A DNA stretch of 64,000 bases from Felis catus (GCF_018350175.1 NC_058368.1:116066001-116130000), one strand, 5' to 3'. Positions 48,101-62,582 are shown, counted from the first letter of the stretch. The notes: generated from the sequence alone by a model not told the origin. A program made the numbers and translations.

Positions 48101-50615
48101 GGGCCCGCATGTTTCACAGCAGTTGTCAGACTCCCACGTCAGGAAAATACCCACCTTTGCAGCCCATTCCATAATCCCCCACTGCCACCCCACCCCACCC
48201 CCAGCCACCACAAACACAGGGACCTGGGCAGGTTACTTAACCGCGGTGATCTTTGCATGCCTGCCTCCCCTTGGAAGCATCACAGAGGCTTTCTCTCCTT
48301 CACCTCTGCCTCCCACAGCACCTAGAGAAGTGCTGCCACATAGTATGTGCTCAGTAAATGTGTGTTGGTGGAATGGAAATGCCGCCATTTCGAAAGGTGG
48401 TTGTGAATTCAGGTGAGTTGTCTGGGTCCCTTTCCCTCTGCACTCCTTCCCATGCTATTTACCTCTTGCGAATCCAGATACTGGGATTTTATACATGTTC
48501 TTCTGGGTTAGGACTGTGATATCAGGCAAGGTATTGATTTAAAATGAAAGAAATTCTATTACAGCAGAGTCCTTGGGATGTCCCCATGGAGTTCAAAAGC
48601 CCAATTGGCCTTTGAACTGGGTTTCTAGGCCTGCAAATCAGGAACTGAAAGTGACCTTGGTACAGTTCTTTGTAATTTGAAGATGCAAAAGGAGAGTGTC
48701 TGTTCCAGGAGTGCCCTACTGGGTCATTGGCCAACCAACTAGAAGTTCAAAGTGGCCTCTCCTTTAGTCCAAGGTCAGCAGTTGGGGGGAGGGTGGTGAT
48801 AGAATGGCCTATTTCTCCTTCTGGATGCTCTTCTTGGTGTCTGACACTGCTCTCATCAGTCATTGTGAGGATAGAAGAGGAAGGAATTTAATGGTCTGGC
48901 ATCTCTGGCTAATTGGCTTCAGGTGTGGAATTACAGCCTGGCTTGTTGGAGCCTTTTATGCCTTTTCTCATCAGAAACTCCGATCGGGCGTTTTCATTGC
49001 CCTGGGAAGCCTTTCCAGCATAAAGTCCAGCTCAGAGCCGCCTTTGCCAGGTATCAGATGACAGAATGTCCCAGCGAGGGCGCTGCCTGGTGCCACCAAA
49101 AGCAGCGCTGGCTTAGGAATCTAGGTGGAGTGTCTCTCATTTCCGGGGCTTCGGGTTTTTTTCTGTAAAGCTGGGATGACAGGACTGTGATGTAGAAGAA
49201 AGTAATACGCCTTGTACAGTTTATGGCACGTTTGTGGGCAGAGAGGAAGTTTAGTTTTCTCCTTCAGCCCACGTAAATTTTCTGAATTTTTGCTTATGGG
49301 TGGATGGGGGTGGTGAAGACAGGAAGCCTTCAGGGGCGAGGTGGGAAAGCCAATTGCTGAGTGTCACTTGGGTCTCCCCTGAGCATCCCCACTGGCCTGA
49401 GGCACCTGGGACAACTCCTGAGTCGCCCTCTGCAGTCATGGCCACATGGCCGGTCTCCCTCCCTGCTCTCGCTCCTGCCGTCTGCTTTCTGTTTGTTCAG
49501 ACTCCCTAATTGCTTTCCATGTCACTCAGAGTAAAAGCCAGAGACCTTCCAGTGACCAGCAAGGCCCTCTCAGAGCCAGCTGCCCCCTGCGCCCTCTGCC
49601 CCGCCCTCTCCGGCTGCCCGTTCGCTCACCAGGTCCACTCCCCTCCAGGGCTTTGCCTTTTCTCAGAAATCTAAAGGAATATGTTCTCGTTTCTCGTAGT
49701 CTGCAGGCACGTAGTCATAGAGGCCGTCCAGCTGCCTCCCTTCACCCTTTGCCTAAACGGGCACCCCTCCCGGGCACTCTCTGTCCCTGTTCTCATCTCC
49801 TTTCCCTGTGTAGTACTATTATGTGTTCCTTGGCTGCCTCTCTCCTCCTGCCGGAATATAAGCTCCTTTATACATACATATATGTACGGCCCCTTTGTAT
49901 GTTAGGTTCACTCCTCAAATAGTTCCTACTATTTGTGGAATGATCGAGCGTCCTCTTCCCCCCTGATATCCTCTACCTGCTCAGGTGTCTTGTGAGTCAT
50001 TCTCCTTTAGGCCCTACCTGGGGTTCTTTTAGTCCTCGTCTGGGGAGAATCCTGGGAGTGGTCCTGAGAGCAGCTCTGTGCCGGGCGTGGTGCTGAACCT
50101 TGTATATCCCTTATTGTTTAATTGGCCTGGCCGCTCTGGGAGGTGGGTCCTTTCAAAGGAGGGGTTTTGCCAAGGTCGGAGCTAGTGAGTGGTGGGGCAT
50201 TCTCATACCCACTTTCACTGGGGCCTGTCTCTGCTTCACCGGCTCTGCTCGAGGAGAGGTGGTCCGCGCCAGTGGGCTCTGCTCCGCTGCTGCCTTCATC
50301 GCCTGAGGTCTGAGCTCGGCGTACTTGGTGCCTCTTTTGTGCTTCTTCCTTGTTGGTCTCCTGGTTTATCTTGGCCTCCTGGTTCTTCGTGGCAAGAGTT
50401 GGCTGCCTTACAAAACGCTCCTTTACATCTTATCCTCAGTTTCTCTTTGTTTAGCCCATTTAACCTTTGTCCTTCCTCTCACATCTCTTAGCCCATAGCC
50501 TGGGTAATTCGTTTGAGTCTTCTGATGCCCCAATGGTGTTCGCATGGAATTCCTTAGAATGCCCTTGTGTTTCACACGGGACTGGGCCAGCATCTTTGAG
50601 ACTCGAGCCGGGCCA

Positions 50616-50812
50616 GGGGCGCCTAGGTGGCTCAGTCGGTTGAGTGTCCAGCTCTTCACTTTGGCTCAGTTCATGATCTCACGGTTTTGGGGATCTAGCC
50701 CCATACTGGGTTCTGTGCTGACAGCGTGGAGTCTGTTTGGGATTCTCTCTCCCTGTCTCTCTGCCCTTGTTCCGCTCGCACCCTGTCTGTCAAAATAAGT
50801 AAACTTAAAAAA
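50616..50812 (+). mobile_element. CAN-SINE
   Basis: GGGGCGCCTAGGTGGCTCAGTCGG head and A-rich tail. Confidence 0.87.
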
Positions 50813-52074
50813 TATTAGCCAGGCCTGTCATAATTGAGAAGCTGTGGTTTCTGACCCAGGAAGTGGGCTTAGTCACATGTACTCTTTGCTGTGAGGAAGA
50901 GACAGATCCAGTGGCCAGAAGGATGGTGGCCTCTAGAGAGAGAGAGAAAGAGGAGGAGGAAGATGAACAAGGAAGGAGTAGGAGATGGACACAGTTCGTT
51001 TCCCAGACCCAGCACAGTAGCTGGTCGTGGGACTTGAGAAAGATCTCCTGACAGAATGAATCCCCAGGCCCTGTGCAGATGAAAGTGCACACCTGGAGAC
51101 GGGAGTTGACTGTGGCCTGGTGCAGCCTGAACACGGCCCCTCAACTAAGGGAAGATGGGCTCCTTTTGGGGTCCCCCTGGTATTTGTGTCTCTTGACAAG
51201 GGCTCTGACATCAACTGTTTCTCTCAGCCATCTTGAGGGTCTCTTTTCCCTCCTCAGAGATGGCATGGGCCTTTATGGCTCATTGGCCTGAGAACTTGTT
51301 GAGCCTTGCTTTGGAGGAGAAGCTGTTCCTTCTCTTTGCAGTGTTCTGATGGCTTTCATTTAGGTTGCAGGCTTTGCTACTGGCTTGGGTTTCTGTGTGA
51401 GAGGCCAGAGGTTTTGATTTCACTGAGGGTAAAGAGGTTTTGGTGGCAGCAGTTTCCTCCCCTAACCCTTGGGCATGGCGGAGTAGGAACTACTCAAGGT
51501 GAGGGTTTCAACATTTCTTTCTCCCTCCTTAATGGTTCGGTATTATTCTTAGAATAAAGGCCAGGATTCCAAAAGGCTTGAGGTCGTTCATGTTCTGGCC
51601 CTGCTACCAGATTCCAGTTCATTTCCTCAGCCTCGCCAGGCCTGTCTTCCCACGTAGCTTTCGTAAATGGTATTTCCTCTGTATGACTGAAAAGTCTTGA
51701 CGCCTCTCTTGGCTCAAGTAACCCTTATTAAATCCTTCCCATCTTGCTCATGTGGCACTTCAGCGACGTTGAGTGCTACTTTCCACCCCCTAGTCTGGGT
51801 CAGCTTTCTGTCCTCCACTGGTTTGTAATTTTTTTTTATCTTAGCTGTAGTTATAGAATTAAGGTCTTCCACGATAGCAGAGACTTTGTCTAATTAGACT
51901 GTTTGAGTCCCCAGTAATTGTTTATTGACTGATGAAAGATGAAGAGGAGTGTAAAGAGAGGCAGGAGAGGGGACAGGTGAGACTCTGGAATGAGCTTTTT
52001 CAAGTTTTTCAACTTTGGGCTTGAATTTGCAGAAAAGACTTTGCACTTCCTTTCCCTCCCTCGTGTTGTCTGTC

Positions 52075-52275
52075 TGTTTGTTTATTGCCTTTTAGAGAGA
52101 GCATGCAGGAGTGAGAGAGGCAGAGGGAGAGAGAGAGAGAGAGAGAGAGCATCTTAAGCAGGCTTCACACTCAGCGTGGAGTCCAACCTGGGGCGGATCT
52201 CACAACCTGAGATCATGACCTGAGCCAAAATCAAGAGTTAGCCACTCAACTGACTGAGCCACCCAGGCGCTCCCC
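52075..52275 (-). mobile_element. CAN-SINE
   Basis: (GA)n run and GAGCCACCCAGGCGCTCCCC end. Confidence 0.85.
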
Positions 52276-52629
52276 GAGCAGAAAATTCATTGTGTAGCAG
52301 GGGGTGGAGCTCTGTTAACAATACTTGCGATCAGCTATGGGAATGATCACAACTGAGAGATGGAGCGTTGAGTCATTTTTGCTTCCGTGAGTGCTGGCCC
52401 TCACTTCTTCGCTGGTCCCTAAACATAGCAACAACTCACATACAAAACAATTTTTTAAATTCCGGTCACAGTCCAGATATGCCATTGTCTCAAATCATTT
52501 TTGCATTTTTATTTCCCACGCAGTTCTTGCTTACATGCACGTGTCATTTGTACCTGGCTGCCATTGTAGTGCAGAGGGCATTGCGTATACTGTCTTCCTT
52601 CCTTTACTTGATCAGAAGCAACCTCCCTA

Positions 52630-53170
52630 TACGGCACTTCACTGTTGACGTTTGGGCTGGATAATTTTTTTTTAAGATTTTATTTTTGGGGTACCTGGGT
52701 GGCTCATTTGGTTAAATGTCCAATTATTGATTTCGGCTCAGGTCATGAGCTCATGGCTTGTGAGTTCGACGCCTGCATCGGGCTCTGCTCTGACAGTATG
52801 GAGCCTGCTTGGGATTCTCTCTCCCTTCCTCTCCCTCTACCCCACTTGCTCGCTCGCTCTCTCAAAAAAAATGAATAAAAGCCCTCTGAAAAGATTTTAT
52901 TTTTAAGTAATCTCTGTACCCTACAGAGGACTTGAACTTACAAGCCCAAGATCGAGTCACATGCTCTACTGACTGAGCCAGCCAGGCACCCCGACTGGAT
53001 ACTTTTTGTTAGAGGTGGGTGGGGTGTCTCCTGCTTTGTGGGATGCTTAGCAGCATCTTCACCTTTATCCACTAAATGCCAGTAGTGGCTGCTCATTTAC
53101 AGCAACCAGAACGTTTCCAGACGTTACCAGAGTCCCCCCTAGGGACCCAAATCACCTTTGAGGGCCATTG
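52630..53170. mobile_element. MER20-like DNA transposon split by two nested CAN-SINEs
   Basis: MER20-like halves TTGACGTTTGGGCTGGATAAT and GGATGCTTAGCAGCATC...AAATGCCAGTAG...CCAGACGTTACC flank a minus short SINE (52665-52992) that contains a plus SINE (52688-52890). Confidence 0.65.
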
Positions 53171-53438
53171 CAGTAGAGTCTGCATAATGAAAAATTTAAG
53201 TTGCCCATTGTTTTTTGAACCCAGTGGAGGAAAAGCATTCCTAAACAGTTTCATCAGCAGCTGAAAAATATATGCCTTTTTCTAGTGGTCTGCCCAGGAG
53301 GAAGGCTCGGGAACTTGGAACTATATTGAACTCCCTCTTGACCTCTGGCTGGACAGGCTTTGTTTCTGAGCTTCTCTTTAGTCTAAGACTGGAGAATCTG
53401 GGTGTTTGATACCATTCCCTGTATTAAAACCAGCAGAA

Positions 53439-53825
53439 GGTCACCTGGCTGGCTCAGTCAGTGGAGCATTTGACTCTTGATCTCGGAGTTGTCAGTTCGA
53501 GCCCCACATTGGGTGTAGAGATTACTTAAAAACAAAATCTTAAAAAAACAAAAACAAAAAAACAGCTGAACAATAAGAGCTTGAGTCTAGTGGTCCAAAT
53601 TTTTAAGTGGCTTTTTTTTTAATGTTTACTTTTAAGAGAGAGAGAGAGAGACCAAGTACGAGTGGGGTAAGGGCAGAGAGAGAGGGAGACACAAAATCTG
53701 AAGCAGGCTCCAGGCTCTGAGCTGTCAGCACAGAGCCCGTCACGAGATTGAGAATCACAAACTGTGAGACCCTGACCTGAGCCCAAGTCAGAAGCCTAAC
53801 CGACTGAGCCACCCCAGGTGCGCCT
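53439..53825. mobile_element. Short plus-strand CAN-SINE (~53439-53562) and minus-strand CAN-SINE (~53612-53825)
   Basis: Recognisable heads and tails; the minus copy is flanked by CTAGTGGTCCAAAT repeats. Confidence 0.85.
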
Positions 53826-54395
53826 AGTGGTCCAAATGTTTAAATATTTACTGTTATTTGTTAATTATTAAATAGCTAGCTAAAGAACAGAGCTAATACT
53901 TCAGTGGTTGCTATGTGTCAGGCGCTTTTATATATTAATTCATTCAGTCCTCGGAACACCCCTCTGAGATAGGTCTTAACTATCCCCATCATCTAGATGA
54001 AGAATCTGAAGCATAAAAAAAAGGCTAACTTAACTTTTTCATGGTCGCACAACTAGGAAGTGGTGGAGCTGGGATTCAAAACCCAATCCAACCCCGAGGC
54101 CCATGCCCCTCCGCAGCTGCCATTTACTGGGTACCTAGTGAGGTGCTTGTTGCTGGGCTGAGAGCTTTGTGGACTTGGCTTCAGTTCTCAAAGTAGTCCT
54201 TCAGGCTGAGTAGTTATCCCAGAGTTTACAGATGTGGAGCCAGAGTCTTAGAGTTACGATATGTTGCCCCTGGGCCCCCAGATAGCCGACCCAGTGCTTC
54301 CCCGTGTCACGTGGCCTCCCATGAATGAGGAAAAAAAATTTTCTACCTTCATCTTCCTTTTTCCCTTGTGTCAGGCGCTAAATCAATGTGAACTC

Positions 54396-54399
<4 letters not shown>

Positions 54400-54427
<28 letters not shown>

Positions 54428-54639
54428 AATTCTTTTTAACGTTTATTGTTGAGAACAGAGACAGACTGCAAGCAGGGGGTGGAGCAGAGAGAGAGAGAGA
54501 GCGAGACACAGAATCAGAAGCAGGCTCCAGGCTCTGACCTGTCAGCACAGAGACCGAGCAGGGCTGGAACTCACAAGCTGTGAGATCATGACCTGAGCTG
54601 AAGTCGGACGCTTAACCGACTGAGCCACCCAGGCGCCCC
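54400..54639 (-). mobile_element. CAN-SINE
   Basis: T tail, GA run, GAGCCACCCAGGCGCCCC end. Confidence 0.88.
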
Positions 54640-57595
54640 AAATGTTAAATATTTCTGATTAGATCTTATTCTTCAGGTGGTCTGTCAACATTATCTCTTT
54701 AATCCCTACAGCAGTCTTGGTGGTTTCCCATTTTAAAGATGAGGAGACTGAGATTCAGAGAGAGGAAATAACTTGCCTAAAGTCCTAAAGTAACTCATTG
54801 AGCCATGAACTGAATGAACCCAGGTCTGCTTGATTTCACACAATGTTCTTAACTTCTATGCTCTTTTGCATTCCATTAGAGAATATGCTTAGAATACTTC
54901 AAAATTAGCAACAGCTACTGGTGAGGAGTGGTACAGGAATTGGGCTCTACAGGTAAGACGTGTTCTTTCTGGGGACACTCAACTGCAACTCTATTCCATT
55001 CTTTTCACGAAAGCACGTGAGATTGGCCTTGAGTGAATGTGCTGGGCTCTTGGTACCGAATTTGACTCTTGTTTCACACAATCGTGACTTCAGGCTTTAA
55101 TTTGGCAGATCTGCTCAGCAAGGCCCAGTGCTTTAACAAAGTCCTTCTAAGAACTGCTGTAGGTGTCATGGACCTGGGCATCGTGTGAAGACAGTCTGGT
55201 CACAAAGACATGGGAACCATAGGCCCCTAAAGATGGCCTCAGGCTTTTCTGTTTTCTTGGATTGAGAGATGCATTCTGTTTGGGTCACATACTTTCTGCG
55301 AAACGCTCTATTCTGCCTTTTCAAAAACATTGGCCTGCCCAGCACTCAGGGATATTGGAGTATAAAAAGGAAACTGCTTTTTGCAGATCCAGTTTACTGA
55401 GTTGCCTGGCGGGATGTGCTCAGTGCCTGCTGACACAGCAGGCCGGTCGGTCGCACCTGGCTGGCCTGGGGAGACAGAAGATGTTGGGAGTCTTACCTAC
55501 TCCCAGACCAGTTGGCTTCATTGTTCTTTGCCCCTTTCCACCCGCGTGTGGCCTCGGTTTTCTGCTCTAATACTCCTTTTACCTAGTCTTCACATGGGAC
55601 CTATACATTCCCTTCACCTCTCACAGAAGCTTTTTAAAGTTACATTGATATAACCATGAAAAAATTGGTTTGGTGGACAAAAAAAAGCCGGAAGACTGCT
55701 TTGGGTAAAAGGCGTCTAGGGAAATTGGAAGGTGCAGGTGGGACAGAGCCCGTCAGTCCCTAGGATTGGAGCCAAGACCCTGGTGTTGGGACTTTCCCGT
55801 GAGCGTGGGGTCACCTACAGTGGCAGGAGTCTTTCCCTAGAACATTCACACCCTCCAAGTAGTAGCAGGCATTTGCTGTGCTGGAGAGGCCGGCTCCAGG
55901 GTGCTACCTGCACCCCCAGCGGGTGGCACGGTGCCTGCACATACCTAGCGCCTGCTTTCCAGTGGTCACTGTGGTTAGCCATAGGGGGGAAATCTATATT
56001 CTGCTTATATTGTGGCTCCCCAGAGTTGAGGTGCTCTAAAAAGCAGGACACGGCATAGGATGATTTTAATGAAAATGCTAACAGTGAAGATGAGGCTCAG
56101 TGTCCACATCGTTGGATGAGGGCTCAACCCAACAGCTACTAACACTGTTGTGGTGACCACATCCACAATGATTGGGGCCCAGGAGAATGGCTTTTCCCAC
56201 ACCCCGACTAAGGCATCTGCCCCACTGCAAGCTGCTGCTCCTGGGTTATATCGCCATTCTCTCACAGAAACATGGCCTTGTTTTGAAAATACCTTTTTAA
56301 ATTACGGAGATAGCTCTTACTTACAGAAAGTAAATAATACCCTAATTTTGCTACCCAGAGATAGGAGTTAACATTTTGGTGTGAATCTTTTGCGCCGTGT
56401 TTAGTTTTTTTTAATGCAGCCCTTTTTGGAATTCACTTAGTATGTTAGTCTCATTTTCAATTCCTTAGGTCCTATATATCATCTGCTGCATCTTGGCCCT
56501 GTAGACTATGCACGTTAGGGAGTGGTGGTCACTTGTCATCGAGGGCTCCATTTTAGACATCAGTCTCGCACTGCTGACTTCACACGGGAGTGTGCCCCCA
56601 GCACGAGTTACTGTTGTTACGAAAAATCTCAAAACCGTGTAAAACTCTAACGTAGATTGCTTTTCTTTTCCTTTTTGCCTTTTATTTAGTTCATAACGTA
56701 ACAGCTATAATTTATTGTCCATTTACTTTGTGCCTGGCACTGTGCTTACTGCTTTTCAAGGAGTTAATCATATACTCTTCCTAACAGTTCTAAGAGATGG
56801 GTTCTATTGTCTCATTTTCAGGTGAGGAAACAGAGCCACAGAGAGGGTAAGGGGGTTGCGTTTTATTCCAATGGACCATGCCAGGTGTAGCAAGCCTACC
56901 CCCCGAATCTGGTAAACCTGTGTCTGCAGGAGCTGGCCTGTGGCGAGTACAGCAGTGGAGAGGACCCTGCTCCCCTGCTGTTTGAGCTGAGCCGACAGTT
57001 TGGGGGCGGCTGACAGACCCACAGAGACAGACCAGTGAATGGGTGCTGACCGTATCTGTAGGCTGCCTTGGTCTTCTGTTCACACTTGCCTGGCTCCCCT
57101 CTTCCAGGAAACATGCACTTTGCTCTGGACTCTTGTGGAAAGGCTCATCAGCTTACAGCAGGAAGCTTGCTGATGTGTGCCATCAGGGCTGCAGCTCTTT
57201 GGGTTTTGAGAGGCCAGTACCGTTCCCCTCCTCTTCCCACCGCGAGGCTCAGGGCCTTTTTCCTCATTTGATCAAAGGTGACTTGTGTGTCCAGGCTGAG
57301 ATCCTGAACGGGAAGGTGGCACACTTCCTCAGGGTGCCCTTAGAATTAAGAGGCTTTCTGCAGCTTGGAGAAGAAACTAGAGCCTTCTCCCCACTCTACG
57401 CCCCCTCACCCCCACCCACATGTGCAGGCGCACACAGTCTCCTTCTAGAGATTTTAGGGATGTACTTGGCGGGGGCGGGGCCATGTGGACAGAGCTTTCT
57501 CCTTGGGGTTCCAGGCATCTGCCCCTCTTCTCAAGGACGTACCTGCTTAAAGACCATAAATTGGGAGTAGCCTGGGAATGTTTTCAGTGCCTTTC

Positions 57596-58010
57596 TATAA
57601 TTTTTTTTTTTTCAACGTTTATTTATTTTTGGGACAGAGAGAGACAGAGCATGAACGGGGGAGGGGCAGAGAGAGAGGGAGACACAGAATCAGAAACAGG
57701 CTCCAGGCTCTGAGCCATCAGCCCAGAGCCTGACGCGGGGCTCGAACTCACGGACCGTGAGATCGTGACGTGGCTGAAGTCGGACGCTTAACCGACTGCG
57801 CCACCCAGGCGCCCCTCTATAATTTTTTTTAATGTTGTTTATTTTTGAGAGAGAAAGAGATCAGGGGAGGGGCAGAGAGAGGGGGACAGACCTGAATCGG
57901 GCTCTGTGTTGACAGCAGCAAGCCCAATGCAGGACTTAGGCTCATGAACCGTGAGATCATGATCTGAGCCGAAGTCAGACACTCAACCAACAGAGCCACC
58001 CAGGTACCCC
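57596..58010 (-). mobile_element. Young CAN-SINE (~57609-57815) nested in the tail of an older CAN-SINE (to 58010)
   Basis: Inner TSD TCTATAATTTTTTTT; outer TSD TCAGTGCCTTTC. Confidence 0.9.
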
Positions 58011-58911
58011 TCAGTGCCTTTCAGTTGTGCTTTCTGTAGGGCAAGATGGGGAAAAATGGCCAGTAGACTTTTTTTTTCAGTAGTGTTTTGGTTCCCTCTG
58101 AGCTTTTCCATTTACCCTTGAAATGACTTCATTTGGTTGTCTGGAGGACAGCCTGAAGGATTTTAGAGAGAGTGCAAGATTGTATTTGAGTTCTTAATAG
58201 GTAAAAATGGATTTTTGCTCTTGGGTGGGATGTGTATCATGTGTAGTTTATGAAGGGTCAGTACCCCCCACCCCCACCCCGCCAAAAAAAAGCCCTGTCC
58301 GAGTACCCTTGGGCAGCCACAGGTAACTATGAGCTCCTCAAGGCTATGGGCAGGATGCCCTGGGCGTGTACGTCTGAAGTAAAGGCTCTCCAGAGGCCTC
58401 TCGGGAGAAGGTGTCTTCCATGGGGCCCGTTCTCCCTAGCCTAACCAGCCTCTGGACCCTGAGCTCCCTTTACTCGCTTGACTCCCAAGGTCTCCCCCTG
58501 GTCAGCTCAATCCCCTGTGGGATAAAGTGCTGGTTCCCATACCAGAGACTGCTCTCTCAGCCACTACAAGAAAGTTTGGGCTGAATGAGGTCTCTTGAAG
58601 GGTTTGAGCTGATAGAGGAGGGAGTGACCCCCTTCCTTTAGAGCTTAAAACTGATAGGACCTTCGTATTTTTTCTTAGTACTGCTTTGCTGTTGCTTCAG
58701 AGAATAGCTAAGCCCAAACCTGCAGCTTGCTTGCAAGACAGGCTGGAAACGGTTTTTCCAGCCAAGGTGTAATGTGTGAGGCAAATTGTTGGTTCATTTG
58801 TTTACTCATTCATTGGTTTGTTCCATATCTCCTATATGCCAGGACTCCTGAGTGCCTTGGGCTAGGCTAGGAAAATAGAGCTGCAAGTGACATTGGGAGT
58901 CTTCAGTAGTT

Positions 58912-59147
58912 TTTTTTTTTAATTTTATTAAAAAAAAATTCTTTTTAACGTTTGTTTATTTTTGAGCAAAAGAGACAGAGCATGAGTGGGAAAGGGGCAG
59001 AGAGAGAGGGAGACACAGAACTGGAAGCAGGCTCCAGGCTCTGAGCTTTCAGCACAGAGCCTGACATGGGACTCGAACTCACTAGCAGTAAGATCATGAC
59101 TTGAGCCCAAGTCAGGTGCCTAACTGACTGAGCCACCCAGGCACCCC
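58912..59147 (-). mobile_element. CAN-SINE
   Basis: TSD GGGAGTCTTCAGTA on both sides. Confidence 0.9.
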
Positions 59148-62136
59148 TAGGGAGTCTTCAGTATTTTTATCCAGGTGGAATCAGGAGCTAAGGGTCACCA
59201 GAGTTCCTCCTGGAGGTTGAAAAAGAATACCTGACCACTCCCCTGGTCAGGCATCTCAGGCATCGGAGAAGGTGGGTAGTGGTAGAGGGTTCTGGGTGGT
59301 CACCAGCTCCATCCTGCCGATAAGGGCAAGGATGGGTAAGTACCAAGGCTGTGTGCTTGCAAACATCATTAGGAGACACTGCCCCTGCCTTTCTCAGTTA
59401 CTGCCCAGCAGCCTGGTGTCCACAAGCAGTTGGGCTTGGGCAGTCCCAACGGGAAATAGATGCTTCTTTTACCCCATTTCTGAATCCTGTGTTTATTCTT
59501 CAGAAAGATCTTGGTTGCTCCTATAAAGTGGAAACTGACTGTAGGATCTCCCTACCAGCTTTACACTGGGCCCATGTTGCTGCCAGGTGCTCAGCAATTA
59601 GGGAGCCCTGCCTTCCAACCTTCAGGTCTCTTGTCTTGGGAGGAATAATAGCAGCTAGCATATACTGAGTACCTGCTGTACACTAGGCCCTGGCCTAGGT
59701 GGATTAATCCATTAAGTTACTGAAGAACACAGTGAAGGAATAGGTACTGTTATTATACCCATTTTGTAGACGAGGAGCCTGAGCTCAGGAGAGGTGATCA
59801 CGCCCTCCAGGTGGCACCCAGAGTGGACCCCAGGATATCCAACTGTAAGGCCCCCTCCCCTCCTCTCTCCAGTGTTCCTTGGCGAGCTGCTAGGCCCAGG
59901 AGCAGTCACTCGGGTCTGCTTGTGCTGTGACCTGAGGAGGGGTCCTCCTGCCAGTGATGATTGTACTGGCTTGAGTGTGCTGGACCTCCAGAGTTTGCTG
60001 AGAAGCCTCCTGTTCTCCGCACTGGTGGTGCTGTAAATAAGCACACTGCTTTGGGCCGCTGAACTCTGTTCGGTGGATGGGGAGTGGTCAGATGCCTTCT
60101 GTCATTCCTGACACATTGGCGGCTCCCTGCATGGCCACTCTGCCTCCAAGGCTAAGCCCACTCATTTTACCACTTTAGGGTTTTCCTAGCAAGGATTAGC
60201 ATCTCTCTCATGGTTTCAGTGGAAAGGTAGTTGGTCATGATGTTGGAGACTTTTTTCTATCAGGCTTCTTTGGACAAGCAAGCTAGAACTCATCAGATGA
60301 CCACAGAAGGAAGCTGTTTCCCTAAACCCCAGACCTGTCTCCAGCCTGGCAGGGTTCTAGTCACAGCCCTACAGACAAGGAAGGCCACACCTCTATCTCC
60401 CTTTCTCTGGCCTCACATTCACCACAGTGGGTGAGGACTTTTTGTCATTGCCTTTTGGGTTGACGTTGCTGTGTTGGGGTTACAGAACAGCAGAGATTGT
60501 TGTGGATGACTTAGTGGGGGCCAGGCACCCCATACAGTTCTTTCTTGATCTACAGGGATGACCATTATTGCTCTGAAATGGTGGGCAGGGAGTTGGGGAG
60601 GCAGGACAGTCCTTATAAAGTGAGGTCTGCCTTGAATCCCCTCACCATGTTTATTGAGAATGGTCATCGGTTCTATCCCTGACCTGAGAACTCACCTTGT
60701 TCTCACCAGGGCCTGAAACTGAGGTACAGTCACCTGAAAACACAAGTCTTTTACTATTGCAAAATTCATCCAGACAGTGGAGGGAAGAAACAACCTGGGG
60801 TGTTTTGCATAAATATATCTGCTTAGAACTGTTAATCAGTAACACAGGAATCTGGTGCGTGTAGAAGCCAGTTATGGTCTGTATACCTAAGATAAAAACA
60901 CACTTTGTGTTCAGTAAAAACGATATGGCAGTGTTTACCTTGTTACAAAATGCAGCAAGTCCTATTTGAATGAAACTCCTGAGGCCGTCATTCAGTGTGA
61001 GTCAGACAAGCATTGCTGATAACAGAGCAACCTGTGCCTGTCTGTGCCTGGACACTAATTGGTAGAACCCAGCAGCTACCTCCTTGGCCATCTCTGCCCT
61101 TTTGGACAAGTCCCAAAGAGCCAGCTCCTCTTAGTATACTACCTCTCCAATTTCTTCTGTAACCCAGTGCCTGAAAACCTGGAAAATAATAATTTTCCTG
61201 ATTTCTTTTTAGCTTTCAAAGTCATAACAGTCATTGTCATATTCAAGAGCCAGGGACATTGGGAGTTTCTGTTTTCTGATCTCTCTCTCCTTGCTTTGTT
61301 TCTGCAATTCCCTAGTTCCAGGCATCTTTCCAGCTTCTTAGCAGGGTATGAAATGGCAGATCGTGCATTAACCACCTTGTCTGCCATCTTTTGGGGGCAA
61401 GGAGAGTCGGGCTGTGATGACTCAGTCAGAAGCCGGGTCCAAACTAAAGTGACGCCCACTTCTTGATGAGACACTCAGTAGCCATCGTTTCTTTAAATTT
61501 TCTTGCATTAGTGGAAGAGAAAGAGACATGACGACGGGGCACTAATAAGATGGACATGCCTTTCCCTGTAGCTCATTGAAAGGATATGTCCTGATTCCAA
61601 ATGCCAGTTGTGTTTATTATTGGTCCCACCCAGTGTGGCATGTCCCCGTGTGGCTCCTCAGATGGGTCTCTGGCTCTTCTTTCCAAGTGGTCTGTGAGCT
61701 CCCGGAGTCGGGTACGGTGTCTTTTGTTCCTGGACTCCCCTGCAGGGCTGTGTCAGAAAAATGAGAGGCAGGCTACACGAGGTGGGAGGGAGACTGAGCA
61801 GTGTCTGCCACATCCTCTGGTGGTGCCGCACAATCGGAGCCGTCTGCGGGAGTGTTGAGGGAGGAAGGCGGGTGGACATATGGCAGGCAGAGCGGACTTG
61901 GGTTTTTTATGAGCACGATGTGCCTCTTGCTGGCCGGGTCCAGGCTGGCCCCGGAGGGCCCAGGGTCGGTGGGCACTACCCAACCGCAGGAAACTGCTGT
62001 GGGAGTAAGTGCTCCTGAACCGCTCGCGTTTGGAGTTCTGCCTGCTGCAAAGCTCAGCCTTGGTGTCTCCTTCCCAGGGCGGCGAGGTGCCTGGAGTCCT
62101 CATGAGTAAGCAAAGCATTAAAGAATGTAGGGGTTT

Positions 62137-62582
62137 GGGGAGTGCCTGGTGGCTCAGTCGGTTGGGCATCCAGTGCTTGATTTCAGCTCAGGTCATGATC
62201 TCGTGGTTTGTGGGTTCGAGCCCTGTGTTAGGCTTGTGCCGGCAGCGCGGAGCCTTCTTGGGATTCTCTCTTTGCCCCTCCCCTGACTGCGTGCATGTTC
62301 TCTCTCTCTCAAAATAAATAAACATTAAAAAAAAAATTTTTTTAAGAATGTAGGGGTTTTTGGGGCGCCTGGGTGGCACAGTCGGTTAAGCGTCCGACTT
62401 CAGCCAGGTCACGATCTCACGGTCCGGGAGTTCGAGCCCCGCGTCAGGCTCTGGGCTGATGGCTCGGAGCCTGGAGCCTGTTTCCGATTCTGTGTGTCTC
62501 CCTCTCTCTCTGCCCCTCCCCCGTTCATGCCCTGTCTCTCTCTGTCCCAAAAATAAATAAATGTTCAAAAAAAAAAAAAAAA
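62137..62582 (+). mobile_element. Two tandem CAN-SINEs (62137-62343 older; 62362-62582 young)
   Basis: Target sequence GTAGGGGTTT is present three times (62127, 62350, 62584). Confidence 0.92.
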
